Positions 26,711 through 37,980 of a stretch of 60,945 nt of DNA are shown piece by piece (position 1 is the stretch's first letter; every line of letters begins with the position of its first letter). The notes under the pieces are model-generated. The model was not told the origin of the DNA, did no database searches, and was given only the letters and a program-made list of their open reading frames with translations. The position numbers and the translations under genes were made by a program. Origin of the DNA: Nemertoderma westbladi (lineage: Eukaryota > Animalia > Xenacoelomorpha); NCBI GenBank assembly GCA_032718475.1, contig JAUCBJ010003500.1, positions 1 to 60,945 on the forward strand. The letters run 5' to 3'.

Positions 26711-27345
26711 ATGCTATCTTCCCGGTAAGAAGATAGCATCAACCAAAAAAGTGCGCTACAATCCCGCTGGATCCCGATCTAGTATCGGGTGTGGGGTGGA
26801 ATTCTTTTCTCTCGGAGCCGGCTTTCCAGGCCGCTCCCTATGGGTATGATAACGCTACCCTGTGTGCCTGGCGTCTCATGTCGGGCCGATCGCGCTCACC
26901 TCTCACACGATTTTTGTTTCCCCAACACTTTCGCCCTATCTCTTCTCCACTCTCACCCTAACTCTCGCACACCCTCGGACCTCCTCGTCCCTCACTCAGC
27001 CTCTTATTCCTCCCCCTCCACACTAGAATTGCATCTGCACTCTCTCCGCGCTTCGCACTCTCACTCCGTCCCTCAACCCCACTTTGACTACCTCATCCCT
27101 TCTGACGAATCTCACCCCCCTCCCATGCCGTCGCACTCAAGAAGTGTGAAATCGTCTGGTGTCTCGTCCATAGTGCCATAGTCAGTTTACCTCCCAGTCC
27201 CAGTAGGTAATTGAGAAAGGTTGTATGACTATAGTACTTACTCCGAACGTATATATTTGTAGATTACTGATTGCTACGTACGTACATACAAATTGTACTT
27301 ATATGATTATTCACATTAATTAAATTTGTACATAGTTCGCACGTC

Positions 27346-28426
27346 TCACGTGGCGCCTTCCAGGCGCACTACATCAAAGCCCCAGTCCATCCCTCCTTGG
27401 CGTCCGTGGTGTCCCCGAAAGTTGCACTTCGGATATCGGTTCTGTAACCGTGGACACGCTCCCATCCTGTGGCTCGTCTCGTCGCAGTAGAGACAGCTGG
27501 TCCCTTTCTGGAACCGGTACAAGCAGCTCCTTTCCTGGTGGGTCTGTCTCCCACAGTAGCCGCAACCGAGTACCAATGTCTCCCGCCCCACATCGTCTTT
27601 CATCCCAAGCGATCTCCGCGGTCTGTGGAGTCGCTGATAGGCGAATTTCTCCACGTTAGCGTCTCTGTCTACGTCGATCTCTCCGCCCCTCTTGGGCATC
27701 GTCTCCCCGAATACTACCCGTGGTGCCGTCCCCGGTTGCTTGCCCAACCTGATAGTGCTCCCCGCTAAATCCATCGCCGGCTCCTTGTGCACCCAGGCCC
27801 GCTTGCCGGGTTTGTCCCAGAAGGCTCTCGCCCCACTGGTCGTCACCACCCTCCCGCCAACCCAGTCCGTGTCCGAGTGGCCTATCCTCTCGATGGGCGG
27901 CATCTCTCCGAACTCGTCGTCGTCCTCGTCCTCCTCTCGCAGTGGTTCCAACCCCGGTATCCCGGTGGACCCACTATGTTCCTTTCCACCTTGGTTCCTG
28001 CCCGTAACTCTCCATTCCTCAAGCTCCCCTAGCCTCTTTTGCGGTTGGTCGCCCTCGGCGCCCGCTGGTGTGGGAATCGCTTGCAATCCCGACGTCGACT
28101 GTTTCAGTGATCCCACCGTCCACCCTAGTTCTTTCCCTAGAGACTCCCCCGAACTCCCTGACGAAGCCCAACGAAGTTCGTCTAAGGCTGCTTGTTCCTC
28201 GAAGCCGTAGCTCTGCGCCCTAGCTTCCTCCTCCCTCTCCTCTGCTTCTCTCCTCTCTCACAAGTTTGCCTGCCATCTCGAACTCTGCCCGATCGCTCAC
28301 CCGTAAGTGGTGCCTTGCCAAGGCGCAAACGTGATGAGTGATGGGTTTAGGTGGTTTAAGCTCAGTTCGATGGCCTATCTCTTTCTGAATTTTCGAGTTA
28401 TTGCCTATTCTTACTACTGTTACCAT
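27346..28426 (-). CDS. Additional ORF of the BEL/Pao element (about 360 aa if one frameshift near 28255 is repaired), with C-terminal CX2CX4HX4C zinc knuckles
   Basis: CGYCGRQTHQERSC, CLYCDETSHRMGAC and a degenerate third (YPKCNFRGHH). The frame is open from 28257 to 27346. The upstream 68-aa ATG ORF joins it through a (GA)n tract. Confidence 0.65.
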
Positions 28427-28689
28427 AATTTGTTCCCCTTCTTAGCCCTATTCTTATTCTAACTTTATTTTGATTTAATTTCAATCCTACTACCCTACTG
28501 CTTCCTATTGATTATTCTATTCCCTAATCCACATTCTGGCCTACTCTGTGGGCCTATGCGGTACAGCAGTGTGCGTCGCGTGGCCACACGATTTACCCAG
28601 CTGTACTCATATGCCCCCCTCTCGCTACTAACACTACTAACTGCTAACTAATATCTATATCTTACATACCCTTCTACCTCTTACTCTTT

Positions 28690-29175
28690 CTCTAACTAAC
28701 GGTACTACGTACCCTCTAACTCTCTACCTAACGGTACTACGTACCCTCTAACTCCAACTCTTCTCTAACTAACGGTACTACGTACCCTCTAACTCTAACT
28801 CTTCTCTAACTAACGGTACTACGTACCCTCTAACTCTCTAACTAACTAGTGGTACTACGTACCCTCTAACTCTCTAACTAACTAGTGGTACTACGTACCC
28901 TCTAACTCTAACTCTTCTCTAACTAACGGTACTACGTACCCTCTAACACTAACTCTTCTCTAACTAACGGTACTACGTACCCTCTAACTCTCTAACTAAC
29001 TAGTGGTACTACGTACCCTCTAACTCTCTAACTAACTAGTGGTACTACGTACCCTCTAACTCTAACTCTTCTCTAACTAACGGTACTACATACCCTCTAA
29101 CTCTCTAACTAACTAGTGGTACTACGTACCCTCTAACTCTAACTAACTAGTGGTACTACGTACCCTCTAACTCTA
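28690..29175. repeat. 13 tandem units (32-41 bp), each containing GGTAC-TAC-GTACC, between pol and the extra ORF
   Basis: Core at 28701, 28733, 28774, 28815, 28851, 28887, 28928, 28969, 29005, 29041, 29082, 29118 and 29152, separated by CTAA/CTCT-rich spacers. Confidence 0.95.
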
Positions 29176-29326
29176 CCTTCTGCCTACTAACTGCGTACCT
29201 ACCATGTACTATTATTTTATTTTATTTTATTTTTATTTTTTATTTTGTTTGTGGGAAGGGCGTCTCGCCCTCAATCCCACCCCCCTCAGTCCAAAACTTG
29301 GACGACTAAACTTTTCTTTAACTCTA

Positions 29327-32300
29327 CTAAGGTGCCCCTTCTAACAGACAGCATTTGCCTACAGCTCTCCTGTAGGTTTTTCTGTCCTTCGCAGCTATCT
29401 TTCCACCTATCCGCACTTCTACCGATCGGACTCTTCCGTCCTCGTCGGAGTAGGTGCCTACAACTCTCGCCAACCGCCATTGGTTGTTGATGATAGTATC
29501 ATCCGTAACGATTACGAGATCTCCCTCTCTTAACTCCCTATTCGGCTTCCTCCACCTGCTTCTTTTATGGAGTGTGGGTAGGTATTCCTCGACCCACCTC
29601 CTCCAATACTCTGCGCTAATTGCTTTGGCGACTTTCCAACTTTGGCGGGAGTGTATGTCGTCTGGATCTACACCCCGCATGTCGATGGTCGCTGGCCTTT
29701 CCATCAGGAAATGGCTAGGCGTCAGCACGTCTAGTGACTCAGGGTCATCATTCTCCGGGTATAGCGGTCTGCTATTAATGATCCCCTCGCACTTCGCAAG
29801 CACCGTCCGTAAGACGTCTTCTGTGACCATGTGGGTGTTCATTAGCTTCGTCATTAGACGCTTTGAACTGCCCACCAGTCTCTCGACGCATCCTAGTGTA
29901 TGTGGTGCATACGGCGTCCTCCTCTCCCACTTTACTTGTCGTCTTCTCATGGCTGCCCTGACTTCTTCTCCCTCCAAGATGTCCAATGCCTCTGCCATCT
30001 CATTCTCTGCGCCCACAAAGTTGGTGCCGTTGTCGCTGTATATCACTGCGATCGTCCCACCTTTGCGGTCCCTAAACCTTTCTAAGGCATTAATGAATGC
30101 TGATGCGGTTGCATCTTGGGCGAGTTCTATCCCTACCGCCCGTGTGTTGTTGCATACGAAGATAATGCCGTAGCGTTTCTCCGTGTGTCGCATCACTTTG
30201 ATCTTTATCGGCCCGAACATGTCCACACCGCAATGCGTAAATGGCGGGTCGTGCTGTCTTACCCTACTCGCCGGTAGTGGCGCCATCTCCTGTACGGCTC
30301 GCTCCTTCTTCGCTCGTCGGCAGGTCTGGCACTGCCCCACTACCGCTTTTACCTTCTTCCTCAATTGTTTGACCCAATAGGTCCTCCTTATCTCTGTGAG
30401 GGTTCGGTTGGTGCCCCCATGCAATATGGATTTGTGGGAGTCCCATATAATCTGATGGACTATCGGCGATCCTGTAGGAATGATGATGGGTTTCGGTGGT
30501 ACGACTATGCTGTTGTTGTATCCCACCCTAGAATTCATTACTAGAATCCCCTCGTCATTGAGTTGTGGCGACAGCGTAATCAGCTCGCTGTCCCGTCGGA
30601 GGTGCTGTTGGTTACCGACGCGTTCCATCTCGTCGCCGTAGTTCTTCCATTGTTCATAGCGGATCACTGCCTTGGCCACTCCTTCCAGATCTATGGTTGT
30701 CCTGGTCTTCTTGTCCTTACCAACTCCCGCAAGGAAATTCCCGAAGGCTCTCCAGTACGCCACTAGTTTCTTGGTCTTATACCAACTAGAACTGTAACTG
30801 AGGAGTTTATCTGTCGGATTATCGCACAGTTCTCGTCCTGGTTGCACGTCCCTAATCTCCCTCACCATCTGGGAGTATATCTCTTCTCCCTCTGAATCGC
30901 CCTCTTCTCCTTCTGATACCACTTCTGAGCCCGGGTCCACCCTTCTCATCGGCGGCCAGGCCTCCTTATCGCTCAGAAATTGTGGCCCATGCTGCCACAA
31001 TACTTCCTTCTTCAGGAAAGTGTGGCGTTCTACGCCCCTCGACAGCAAGTCCGCTGGGTTCTCGTCTGTTGGGCAGTAGTGCCACCTTTCCAGTTCTGTG
31101 GTCGCCCTTATTTCGTCCACTCTATTTGCGACGAATATCGGGTATCTCGTCCTTTCGTTATGTAGCCAACCAAGCACTACCATGGAGTCCGTCCAGTAGT
31201 GTGTCTCCACTATGTTGGGAATAGTATCCACTAGGTAGGCTGTGGCTCTAACTCCTAGTCTCGCAGCTGTCAATTCTAACTTGGGAACTGATGCTGAATC
31301 TGGCGGCGTTGACTTTGCTTTACTAAAGGCTAGTCTGGGCTTATGAGCCCCCTCTCGATGTACTAAATAGAGTGCCGCTCCGTACGCCTCCAACGACGTA
31401 TCGGAGAACATGTGTAGGTCCAGACTCGTCATGTTCCCATCCGGGAAATACACTCGAGGCATGTTGTATGTTCCCATCTTCTCCAAGTCTCTTGTCCACT
31501 TGCTCCACTGTTTCTTGATTTCCTCTGGTACCTCTACGTCCCACTCATCCTTCAATTTGTATACTCTCTTGAGTATCTGTTTCCCCGTGACTAATAATGG
31601 GGATGCTAGGCCTAGGGGATCGTATATCCTTGCTATATACGATACATAGCCCCTCTTCGTGTGGATGCCTGCGCCCTCCTGGCTCAGCTGATACTTCAGT
31701 TCATCTGTCTCTCTATCCCACACGATTCCCAATGCCTTCTGTTGAGATTATGTTCTCTTAATCGCCATGTCCTGCCCTTTGGCTGTTGTGGGATTATCCA
31801 TGCTCGATTCTGGTCTCCTGTCCTCTATCGCCTTGATAAATTCTTCCGAACTGGATTGGAATTTGGTCAGGTTAAAGCCGGATCCTTTTAGGATGTCGCG
31901 AACCTCGCGCCCTGTGTCCAGTATCTCCTTAACCGTATTTCCAGACTCCATTCCGTCGTCTACGTAGAAGCCGCGTCGAATCATATCGACGGCTCTACTG
32001 CTGTATCTATCTTCCTTCCCCTTCACTGTGTCTCTCACTGCCATAGTCGTCGTAAATGAAGACGACTTGGCCCCCATGTTTTGTACTACCATCTTATATG
32101 CTGGTATTATCGGCGGTTCTTCCTCGCCGTTATACCATAAGAAGCGCTGACTGTCGCTATCTTCTTCCGTTACACGGACTTGGTTGAACATGCCTTCTAT
32201 GTCACACGTGAAGGCGTGTTTCCCATTTCTAAATCTAAGTAGGACCTCTATGCCCGAGTTGTATATGTTTGGGCCTTCTAACAGGTAATCGTTTAAGCGT

Positions 32301-33397
32301 TTTCCGTCTGTCTTTGCTGATGCGTCGACTACCATCCGTAGTTTACCTTTCTTTGGGTCTAAAGCCACGTGTAGTGGCAGGTAATACGTCCTGTCTGTGT
32401 TCGGCTCGTCGACCGGTAACTCCACGGCCCATCCTTTCTCGACGTACTTTTTAATTGTTCTGTGGATGTACTCATTCTTCTCGGGGCTCCGTTTTAGTGT
32501 TTGTTTCAGCTTGCGGAGTCTCGTGAGTACCATCCCCCTATTGTCGGGCAGCGGTATCTTCGGTAGTTTCCATACCATTCCTATAGTATACCGCCCCTCA
32601 TCGCATGTCATCGATTCCTCCACGCTTTGTAAAGCCTGCTTGTCTTCCACCGAGGTCCCGACCCCGGTTTCTTTCAGTCCCTCGAAATCATGTCTGAGCA
32701 GTCTTTTAAGCTGCTCCTCTGCCCCCTCGTCACCCATTTCCTGCATTGTTCCCGCGAACATGCATCCTGATGTCTCCGACATCCTAAATGGTATCTTGCT
32801 CTTAATTGGACCACTCAGCGTCCACCCGAATGGTGTTAATATGGCCACCGGGTCACTCTGCTTGTCTTCGCCGAAGACCGTTTGCATTCTTTCGTGGGCC
32901 GTTGGGCAGTCCATGCCTACTATGATGGACACCTTCCTAACGTCCACGTCTGGGATTGAGAAGTCAATGTCGTCCAGGAATTTATACTGCTCGACCTCGA
33001 TGTTGGTTGGCCGCCTGGCATTGATATTAATTGACTCTATCACTTGGATGGGGTCGATGGTTGCCCCATAGTCGCATCCTGGTGCCACTGCTGCAATTGC
33101 GCACCGTCCTGTTCTCATCTCCAGGATCACATCTTTGCTAGAGATGGTTGTTACCGCCATTCTGCTTGGCCTCGTTCTCAATCCTATCTCTTCGGCCACC
33201 CATTCTTCGATTAATGTGAAGGCAGCTCCACTATCAACCAGCATTAATGTTGTTATTGATCGATTGCCTTCCCCAATCACTCGCATGGGTACTACTCCAA
33301 GTAGCACCGTTCCTCTCTTCTTCGCCCCTACTGTGCTCGTCGCCATTGTTTGGCCTCTCCTTTGACCAAACTTGACCGGCTTCTCCTGTCCACTCAT
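29327..33397 (-). pseudogene. pol: BEL/Pao pol (aspartic protease, RT, RNase H, integrase) with one in-frame TAA at 31748-31750
   Basis: LVDSGA protease; FYVDD RT; Pao RNase H; H..H/CX2C, DMFGP, SDNGTNF and E integrase. The 549-aa and 801-aa ORFs are in the same frame, separated only by the stop. Confidence 0.93.
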
Positions 33398-36300
33398 TCA
33401 TGTCCACTCATTACACATCGTGAGCAGATTTTGTTGCTGAACGCATAATCTATCTGATCTTGCCTAGGTAGCGCCTGCCAGTACCTGCAGTTCATGGTTT
33501 GATGAAGCGCATTTGCGTGTAGCTGGCATTTGCTCTTTGGGTCGTAGCCCTCTTCATAAAGCGCATTGCGTATCGCAGTTGCGTTTGTACCAAAGTCCCT
33601 ACTATTCTTATTGTTTGGATTCGGCCTATTGGACGTACTGGGGTTATGTTTATTCGTGTTGTTATTGTTCCCCTGTCCGTTCCATGGTGTGGTCTCATCT
33701 TCGGCTAGCTGTGGACTTGCAGTCCCCTGCGTCGCTGCATATGGCAATGATTGCCTGAGTCTCGGTAATGCGTTTGATGTATTGTGCTCTGGTTTCGGTC
33801 TATGGTAGTCTATCTTCGGTCCCTTTCCCAGGCTATCTTCACTATAGACTGGGTCAGTTATTAGCTCAGCCTCGTAGTTTAAGAAGTTTGACATTTCTTC
33901 TAAACCCGGTTCCGCACCCTTTTGTCTCGAGTGGAGAAAGCAATTTTCCTCCACTTGTTGCGCATCCAACTCGGTAGTGCCTGTGCTATCGTGGTGATGT
34001 TATTGGACGCATTGAGCTCGTATGGTGCGTCTAGCGTCTTCAGCACGATCAGCGCCTTTTCGACTTTGTTAGCGAACGTCTTAATGCTAACGGGATTATC
34101 CTGTAGGCCACCCGATGTTATGCCCCTCAGCGTCTGCCTGATGATCTTGGCCGGGTGCCCGTATTCCCTATCCAGTGCCCGCCATGCTGTCGTGAAGCCG
34201 CCCTCTATTCCTTGATATTGCCTCACGATATCGTATGCTGGGCCTCCCGTATATACTTGCAGATATTTTAGGCACTCCGCCTGCGTCAAGTTTTTTGTTA
34301 GTATTTCGTTACTATACATGCGCCGAAACTGTAGATATTCTTCCGGCCTACTCCCATCGAATTTGAATGGTTCCACGGGTGGTAGCTCGTTCCTCGTTTT
34401 CAACGCATCGATCAGCGTGGCCATCCCCATCGCCTGCGCTTCCAATGGATTCGACGGGTGCTGTATAGTTTCTCCTGTCTGGTGCGGTTCATCCGTCCTA
34501 TTTCTTGATCTTCTCTGACTTGGGTATGTCATCGGGGGTAGCGGCCCCCTCCATATTTCTGTGTCACACGACCTGTTTTCATCTAAGGGTCTCGTTGTTC
34601 TTGCTCCTATCGGGGTATATTGTTGATATTGTGATGGGGGAATGTCACCCTGTCCCCCCCCCCCCCCCCCCCGCCGGTATGTTTGGTAATGGGGTTGATG
34701 TTAATATGTTGGGGCCCATACACCTATCCGCAATAATTCCCCCCTCCCCTGGGTATATGTTATGTCCCTGCATGCTGTAGTCATACTGCTGTACTGGTAC
34801 CGGTATAGGCCTATCAGCTTCTGGCCTACTCGCCGGTATGTATTCCGCGACTTCCGGGTTTAATCCCGTTGTCCGCGCCATCCTATCCCCTACATTGCCT
34901 CTCTCAGTATGGCCTATGGTATGTGCAGTAAGGCCTACAGTATGTCCTACAGTCTGCATGTGTTGTTCGGGATCGAAGTTTATTCTTCTCGAATAATCCT
35001 CCCCGCGGCTACCGTATTCTCGATCGATAGGTGTATTCCGTCGGAAAGTTTCTCTTCGACCCCCCCCCTCTACTGTTCTCATCTTCGTACCGGTACATCG
35101 CGTACCCCTCTCTCGGCGCGTAGTGCGCCTCACCGGGTCGCATCTCTCCGGGGCGATGGCAATCTCCCGGAGTCCGACCCCACTGACTCTCTGTTCTCAT
35201 CTCGACCACCGACGGCTCGCTATCCGTCCTCGCTCTTCTATCGTTCGCGGCGATACCTCTACTACTATCTTCTCTTCTTCTCCTTTCAGTGGAGTATTCC
35301 CGCTCGTGAGATCTCTCGTCGACCTCCTGGTTAAACCCCACTGTTCTTCTTCCCTCTTCTGATCGGGCTCGACGCTTTGTCCGCCCTCTCACGACGTCAA
35401 CCTGTCTCTCTCTGCTCGGTCGCACGCCGCTGGGGATACTCGCAATCCCCCTATTACTTTCCGTCGCCGGTTGTTGCGGTTTACCTATTTCGGCCCGCGC
35501 ATTATCCGCTGACGGCTGTGGGACACTCTCTGCCCCCCCCCCCCTTTCGCCGCTAACTCGCTGTTGTGGGGCCCCTGTAGCCCCCCCCCCCTTTCGCCAC
35601 ATCTAACTTCGCTATCCCTCACCCCGCTACTATATCCCTCTCTAGTCGACACATCAACCCTACCGCGGTCGGGTCTATTCACCCCCGCCTCTCCCTCTGC
35701 TATTGCGTGGCCTACCAGGCCCTCTGCACCCTGCCTACCAACTATGTGGCCTACCAGGCCCTCGCTGGGTCTATTCAACCCAGCCACCCCCTGCCTACCA
35801 ACTACGTGGCCTACCAGGCCCTCGCTCGGTCTACCTAATCCAGCTACTCCCTGCCTACTAACTGTGTGGCCTACCAGGCCCTCGCTGGGTCTATTCAACC
35901 CAGCCTCTTCCTGCCTACCAACTACGTGGCCTACCAGGCCCTCGCTGGGTCTACCTAACCCAGCTACTTCTGGCCCACCAACTGCATGACCTACCAGGCC
36001 CCCGTTTGTCTGGCTATACACGCCCGACGTGTTTACGTTAATAGCACCCATATTGGAACCAGAATTAATTTGTTCCTTCGAAATAAAATCATTTGAATTA
36101 TTTTGTGCGACTACACTATCTGAATTATTTTGTAAATTCGGGCTCAGATTATTATTTAGATTATTTGGATTATTTTGGGGATTATTTTGCGTAGCTACAT
36201 TAATATTAGAATTATTTTCTACATTAATATTAGGATTGTTCTGATTTAAATTTAAATTACTATCACTAGGTAAATTATTTCCTGCAATAAAGGTTTGATT

Positions 36301-37938
36301 AGAATTATCCCATACGGTACTATTAATATTAACCACGTCTACTGTACCATTATCATTATTACCCCCCCCGCCCGTACGGTTACACCAGTTTTGGGTCTGT
36401 CGTGCGGTCCCTGTAAGTGGGGTATTAATAAATGTATCCACGGCCCCTGGCTCCCCTAGAATACTCGAGCCAGTCCCGCTCTCAGACGTCCCCGCCCGCA
36501 CCAGTTGCAGCTCGTGCATGCGTCTAATCCTATGTTCCCCAAGCTCACTTTGGCGTCTCTTTAGTTCCTTTTGCTCTCGCTCAGCTTCTACCATTCTCCT
36601 CTCACATTCCCGCGCGTCCCGCTGAGCCAGCTCTGCTATTTTTCTAGTGCTCTCCCTTCGCCTCGCTTCACGCTCCTTACGTTCACTTTCCTTTCTCGCC
36701 TCATACTCCTTGCGTTCCGCCTCACGCTCCCTGCGTTCCCTTTCCTCTCTCGCCTCACGCTCCTTGCGTTCCCTTTCCTCTCTCGCCTCACGCTCCCTAC
36801 ACTCCTTTTCCTCTATTTCCTCATACTCCCTAAGGCTTCTCAAAGCCCTTTCGGCCTTCTCTCCGGTTTCTCTAATCAATGCCGCTCCCCTCTCTAGCCG
36901 CATTCTCCCCTCCTCCAGCCGTTCACCCATTTCCTTCTGACCTTGCTCTATCAGCTCGAGACGGTACGCGGCACCTACCTCTCTCACCCGTCTTCCTTTC
37001 GCGGAGGATGTAGCAGACTTATCGGTTATGACGGACTCCCTCCGCCTTCCCGATCTACTATCTTTCCCCCGCTTCCCGGAACTTCCTCTGACCGACGAGG
37101 CCGAATCCTCGGGGTTAACCTCGGATTCGCCCCCTTCAGGTCCCCTCCAGCCCACTAATTTTACTCCCCGGGCATCGACCAAGTATGGCCCTATGTACAC
37201 TGACGCTACGCTAGGTTCCATACTCCCACATTCCCATAGTTCGAGCAGTTCATTGGCAACCCCTTTCGCTCTCTCCTCGGCTAGTTCTCTCTGCCCAAAA
37301 CGCATTAGGTAATTAAAGTGTCTATCCGACTCACCTAGTCGTTTCCTCAGTCTCACCTCATCTATCTTCGCCCCTTCCTTCTTAGCGTCCTTTAGTAGTC
37401 TCTGGGTCGCGTTGTAGGCCCGTCGAAGTCGATCAGAAACCCCGACGTCCTCGTCGCCGACCTCTCTTCCATCTCTCCGGGTCCGACGTCGTACCGGCGG
37501 CCCCACCGTCGCCATTCCGGCGGGCCGTCCGTCACCCTCGGCCTGTGGCTGGCCGGCGACATCGGTACCGATATTTCTTTCGTCTCTCTGCGTCCGGGGC
37601 CGCACCGTCGGCCCCACCGTCGCCGTTTCGGTGGGCCGCTCGTCGCCCTCGGCCTGTGGCTGGCCGGCGACATCGGTGCGCCGACCCCCGTCCTGTGTCG
37701 ACTCATCTCCTTCTCCCTCCGTCTCGCTCTCTCTTCCTCTCGGCTCGACCTCGGGTTCCAGGCCCCCCCCCCCATCCTGAACTGCCGGATGACCCGTTAC
37801 CGATGGGTCCGGCGTTGTGGGCCTGTATCGCCTGGTTGCGGCCTCGCAGATCGTTAATTCTTCTTCGTCCGGGGTCCGCGTCGGCGTTGTCTCTCCCGAC
37901 TGACTCATCTCGTTTGGTGATTGGTTGTTGGTAGTCAC
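33394..37938 (-). pseudogene. gag: BEL/Pao gag (about 1500 codons) broken by frameshifts near 35585, 35064, 34660 and 33920
   Basis: DUF1759-like segment ELPPVEPFKFDG...; knuckles CQLH..HQTMNC and CSRCVMSGH; long low-complexity N-terminal part. The frameshifts coincide with homopolymer runs. Confidence 0.85.
35707..36000 (-). repeat. In-frame 60-bp (20-aa) repeats in gag (GLxRPSEGLVGHxVGRQGVA), about 5 copies
   Basis: TGGCCTACCAGGCCCTC recurs every 60 bp. Confidence 0.9.
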
Positions 37939-37971
37939 TGAGTTTTAGTTAGTTAGGGCGGCAGCTCTGAG

Positions 37972-37980
37972 TTCAATTAC
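37972..37980 (-). other. PBS position: GTAATTGAA (non-TGG), complementary to 38155-38163 inside the 5' LTR
   Basis: Plus strand TTCAATTAC at 37972-37980 abuts the LTR; GTAATTGAA occurs at 38155-38163. Confidence 0.6.

Noticed and set aside
28690-29175. Telomeric repeat (TTAGG-like)
   Set aside because: No run of a canonical telomere unit; the array is internal to the retrotransposon.
29454-37934. Numerous plus-strand ORFs over the retrotransposon
   Set aside because: Antisense shadows of gag/pol.
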